Positions 61,045 through 64,000 of a stretch of DNA of 64,000 nt are shown here, piece by piece. A program made the translations under genes and the position numbers. The notes beneath the pieces were generated by a model. That model was not told the DNA's origin, searched no databases, and saw only the letters and a list, made by a program, of their open reading frames with translations. Position 1 is the stretch's first letter. Each line of letters opens with the position of its first letter. The DNA is from Mustelus asterias (lineage: Eukaryota), in assembly GCF_964213995.1 (NCBI RefSeq), contig NW_027590274.1:434001-498000 (forward strand), read 5' to 3'.

Positions 61045-63752
61045 CAAGATGCCAGAGGAAAGATAGAACAGGAGGAAAGAAAGGAGGGGGAGTTGCACTT
61101 TTGATTCAGGAAAACATCACGGCAGTACTGAGAGGGGATATATCCGAGGGTTCGCCTACTGAGTCAAAAGGGTTGAACTGAGAAAGAAGGGGGAAATCAC
61201 TTTGATATGGTTGTACTATAGGCCCCCAAATAGTCGGTGGGAAATTGAGGAGCAAATATGTAAGGAGATTACAGATAGTTCCAAGAAAAATTGGGTGGTA
61301 ATAGTCGGGGATTTTAACTTTCCCAACATTGACTGGGACAGCCATAGTATTAGAGGCTTGGATGGAGAGAAATTTGTTGAGTGTATTCAGGAGGAATTTC
61401 TCATTCAGTATGTGGATGGCCCGACTAGAGAGGGGCAAAAGTTCACCTCCTCTTGGGAAATAAGGAAGGGCAGGTGATAGAAGTGTGAGTGAGGGATCAC
61501 TTTGGGACCAGTGACCATAATTCCATTAGTTTTAAGATACCTATGGAAAATGATTGGTCAGGTCCAAAAGTTAAAATTCTAAATTAGGGAAAGGCCAATG
61601 TTGATGGTATCAGGCAGGAACTTTCGACAGTTAACTGGGGGAGTCTGTGGGAAGGCAAAGGGACGTCTGGTAAGTGGGAGGCTTTCAAAAGTGTTTTAAC
61701 CAGGGTTCAGGGTAAGCACATTGCTCTTAGAGTGATGGGCAAGGCTGGTAGAAGTCGGGAACCCTGGATGACTCGAGATATTGAAGCCCTCGTCAAGAAG
61801 AAGGAGGCACATGACATGCATCGGCAGCTGGGATCAAGTGGATCCCTTGAAGAGTTTCGAGGGTGTAGGAGTAGAATTAAGAGAGAAGTCAGGAGGGCAA
61901 AAAGGGGACACGAGATTGTTTTGGCAGATAAGGCAAAGGAGAATCCAAAGAGGTTCTATAAATACATAAAGTGCCAAAGAGTAACTAGGTAGAGAGTAGG
62001 GCCTCTTAAGGATCAACAAGGTCATCTATGTGCGGATCCACAAGAGATGGGTGAGATCATAAATGAATATTTTTCATCATTATTTATTGTTGAGAAAAGC
62101 ATGGATGTTAGGGAACTTGGGGAAATAAAGTGATGTCTTGAGAAGTGTACTTATAACAGAGAAGGAGGTGCTGGAAGTCACAAAGCGCATCAAGGTAGAT
62201 AAATCCCCGGGACCTGATGAAGTGTATCCCAGAACACTGTGGGAGGCTAGGGAGGAAATTGCGGGTCTCCTAGCAGAGATATTTGAATCATCGATAGTCA
62301 CGGGTGAGGTGCCTAAAGATTGGAGGGTGGCAAATGTGGAGCCTTTGTTTAAAAAGGGCTGCAGGGAAAAGCCTGGGAACTAAAGGGCGGTGTGATTCAC
62401 ATCTGTAAGTTGTCAGAAGGTATTTGAGAGACAGGATCTACAGGCATTTGGAGACACAAGGACTGATTAGGGACGGTCAGCATGGCTTTGTGAGTGGAAA
62501 ATCATGTCTCACAAATTTGATTGAGTTTTTTGAAGGGGTAACCAAGAAGGTAGATCAGGGCAGTACAGGTGATGCTGTCTACGTGGACTTTAGCAAGGCC
62601 TTTGACAAGGTACCGCAAGGTAGGTTGTTGCTTAAGGTTAAATCTAATGAAATCCAGGGTGAGTTAGCCAAATGGATACAAAATTGGCTTGATGACAGAA
62701 GACAGAGGGTGGTTGTAGAAGGTTGTTTTTCAAACTGGAGCCTGTGACCAGCGGTGTGCCTCAAGGATCGGTGCTGGGTCCACTGTTATTTGTCATTTAT
62801 ATTAATGATTTGGATGAGAATGTAGGAGGCATGTGTAGTAAGTTTTCAGATGACACCAAAGTTGGTGGCATTGTGGACAGTGGAGAAGGCTATCTAGGAT
62901 TGTAGCGCGATCTTGATCAATTGGGCCAGTGGGCTGACGAATGGCAGATGGAGTTTAATTTAGATAAATGCAAGGTAATCCATTTTGGGCGATCGAACCA
63001 GGACAGGACTTACTCAGTTAATGGTAGGGTGTTGGGGAGAGTTACAGAACAGAAATCTAGGGGTACAGGTACATAGCTCCTTGAAAATGGAGTTGCAGGT
63101 GGACAGAGTGGTGAAGAAGGCATTCTGCATGTTGGTCAGAACATTGAATACAGGAGTTGGAATGTCTTGTTGAAGTTTTACAAGACATTGGTAAGGCCAC
63201 ACTTGGAATACTGTGTACAGTTCTGGTCACCCTATGATAGAAAGGATATTATTAAACTAGAAAGACTGCAGAAAAGATTTACTGGGATGCTACCGGGACT
63301 TGATGATTTGAGTTATAAAGAGAGGCTGGATAGACTGGGACTTTTTTCCCTGGAATGTAGGAGGCTTAGGGGTGAACTTATAGAGGTCTATAAAATAATG
63401 AGGGGCATAGATCAGCTAGATAGTCAATATCTTTTCCCAAAGGTAGGGGAGTCTAAAACTAGAGGGCATAGGTTTAAGGTGAGAGGGGAGAGATACAGAA
63501 GGGTCCAGAGGGGCACTTGTTTCACACAGAGGGTGGTGAGTGTCTGGAAAAAGGTGCCAGAGGTAGTAGTAGAGGCAGGTACAATTTTGTCTTTTAAAAA
63601 GCGTTTAGACAGTTACATGGGTAAGATGGGTGTCGAGGGATATGGGCCAAACGTGGACAATTGGGATGAGCACAGGGGTTAAAAAAGGGGCGGCATGGAC
63701 AAGTTGGGCTGAAGGGCCCGTTTCCAAGCTGGAAACCTCTATGACTCCATGA
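61045..63752 (+). mobile_element. Long CR1 LINE (APE endonuclease part, RT, 3' UTR), decayed
   Basis: [46 protein letters not shown] and tail; multiple stops. Confidence 0.95.
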
Positions 63753-64000
63753 CTAAATCAACTGTCTGCTGAAAGGGTTAACTTTTCTACAGAACCGAAA
63801 GGGGTGGGGAGTGAGAAGAAACTTGGCACACAGTTACATCACTTTACATAATTTTTAAAAACTTCTCTAACAACAAAACAAAGTTGATTTTAAACTTTAT
63901 CTATGAATTCTTTTGTTCTCTTCCTCAACCTAATTATTTTAATTTGTTCAGTTTTTGTTAGGGATGGGTAACTTCTGTTCTTTATAAACTGGTTCACTCA

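Overview
Vertebrate genomic DNA, almost certainly from an elasmobranch (shark), judged by HE1/V-SINE-type SINEs, HER1/CR1 LINEs and fish-type TCR V motifs. The window is a repeat-dense cluster of nine KRAB-less tandem C2H2 zinc-finger genes: 5 intact and 4 disrupted. All nine begin M[E/D/G]KPWKC and sit in one coding exon preceded by decayed fingers. The cluster appears to grow by direct and inverted segmental duplication and is served by two families of CpG-island promoter. Embedded among the ZNF genes is one complete T-cell receptor alpha/delta-type V segment (CRE promoter, leader, intron, V exon, 23-RSS). Also present: Penelope-like elements with minimal hammerhead ribozymes (one tandem pair), a 28-bp CRE minisatellite, a 56-bp repeat with RSS heptamers, a degenerate tRNA-Val(GAC), Gypsy, Tx1 and Rex1 fragments, a solo LTR with a verifiable empty site, and a de novo 25-bp hairpin. 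Gene, RSS and motif coordinates were read from the sequence; repeat boundaries are approximate; no searches were run.
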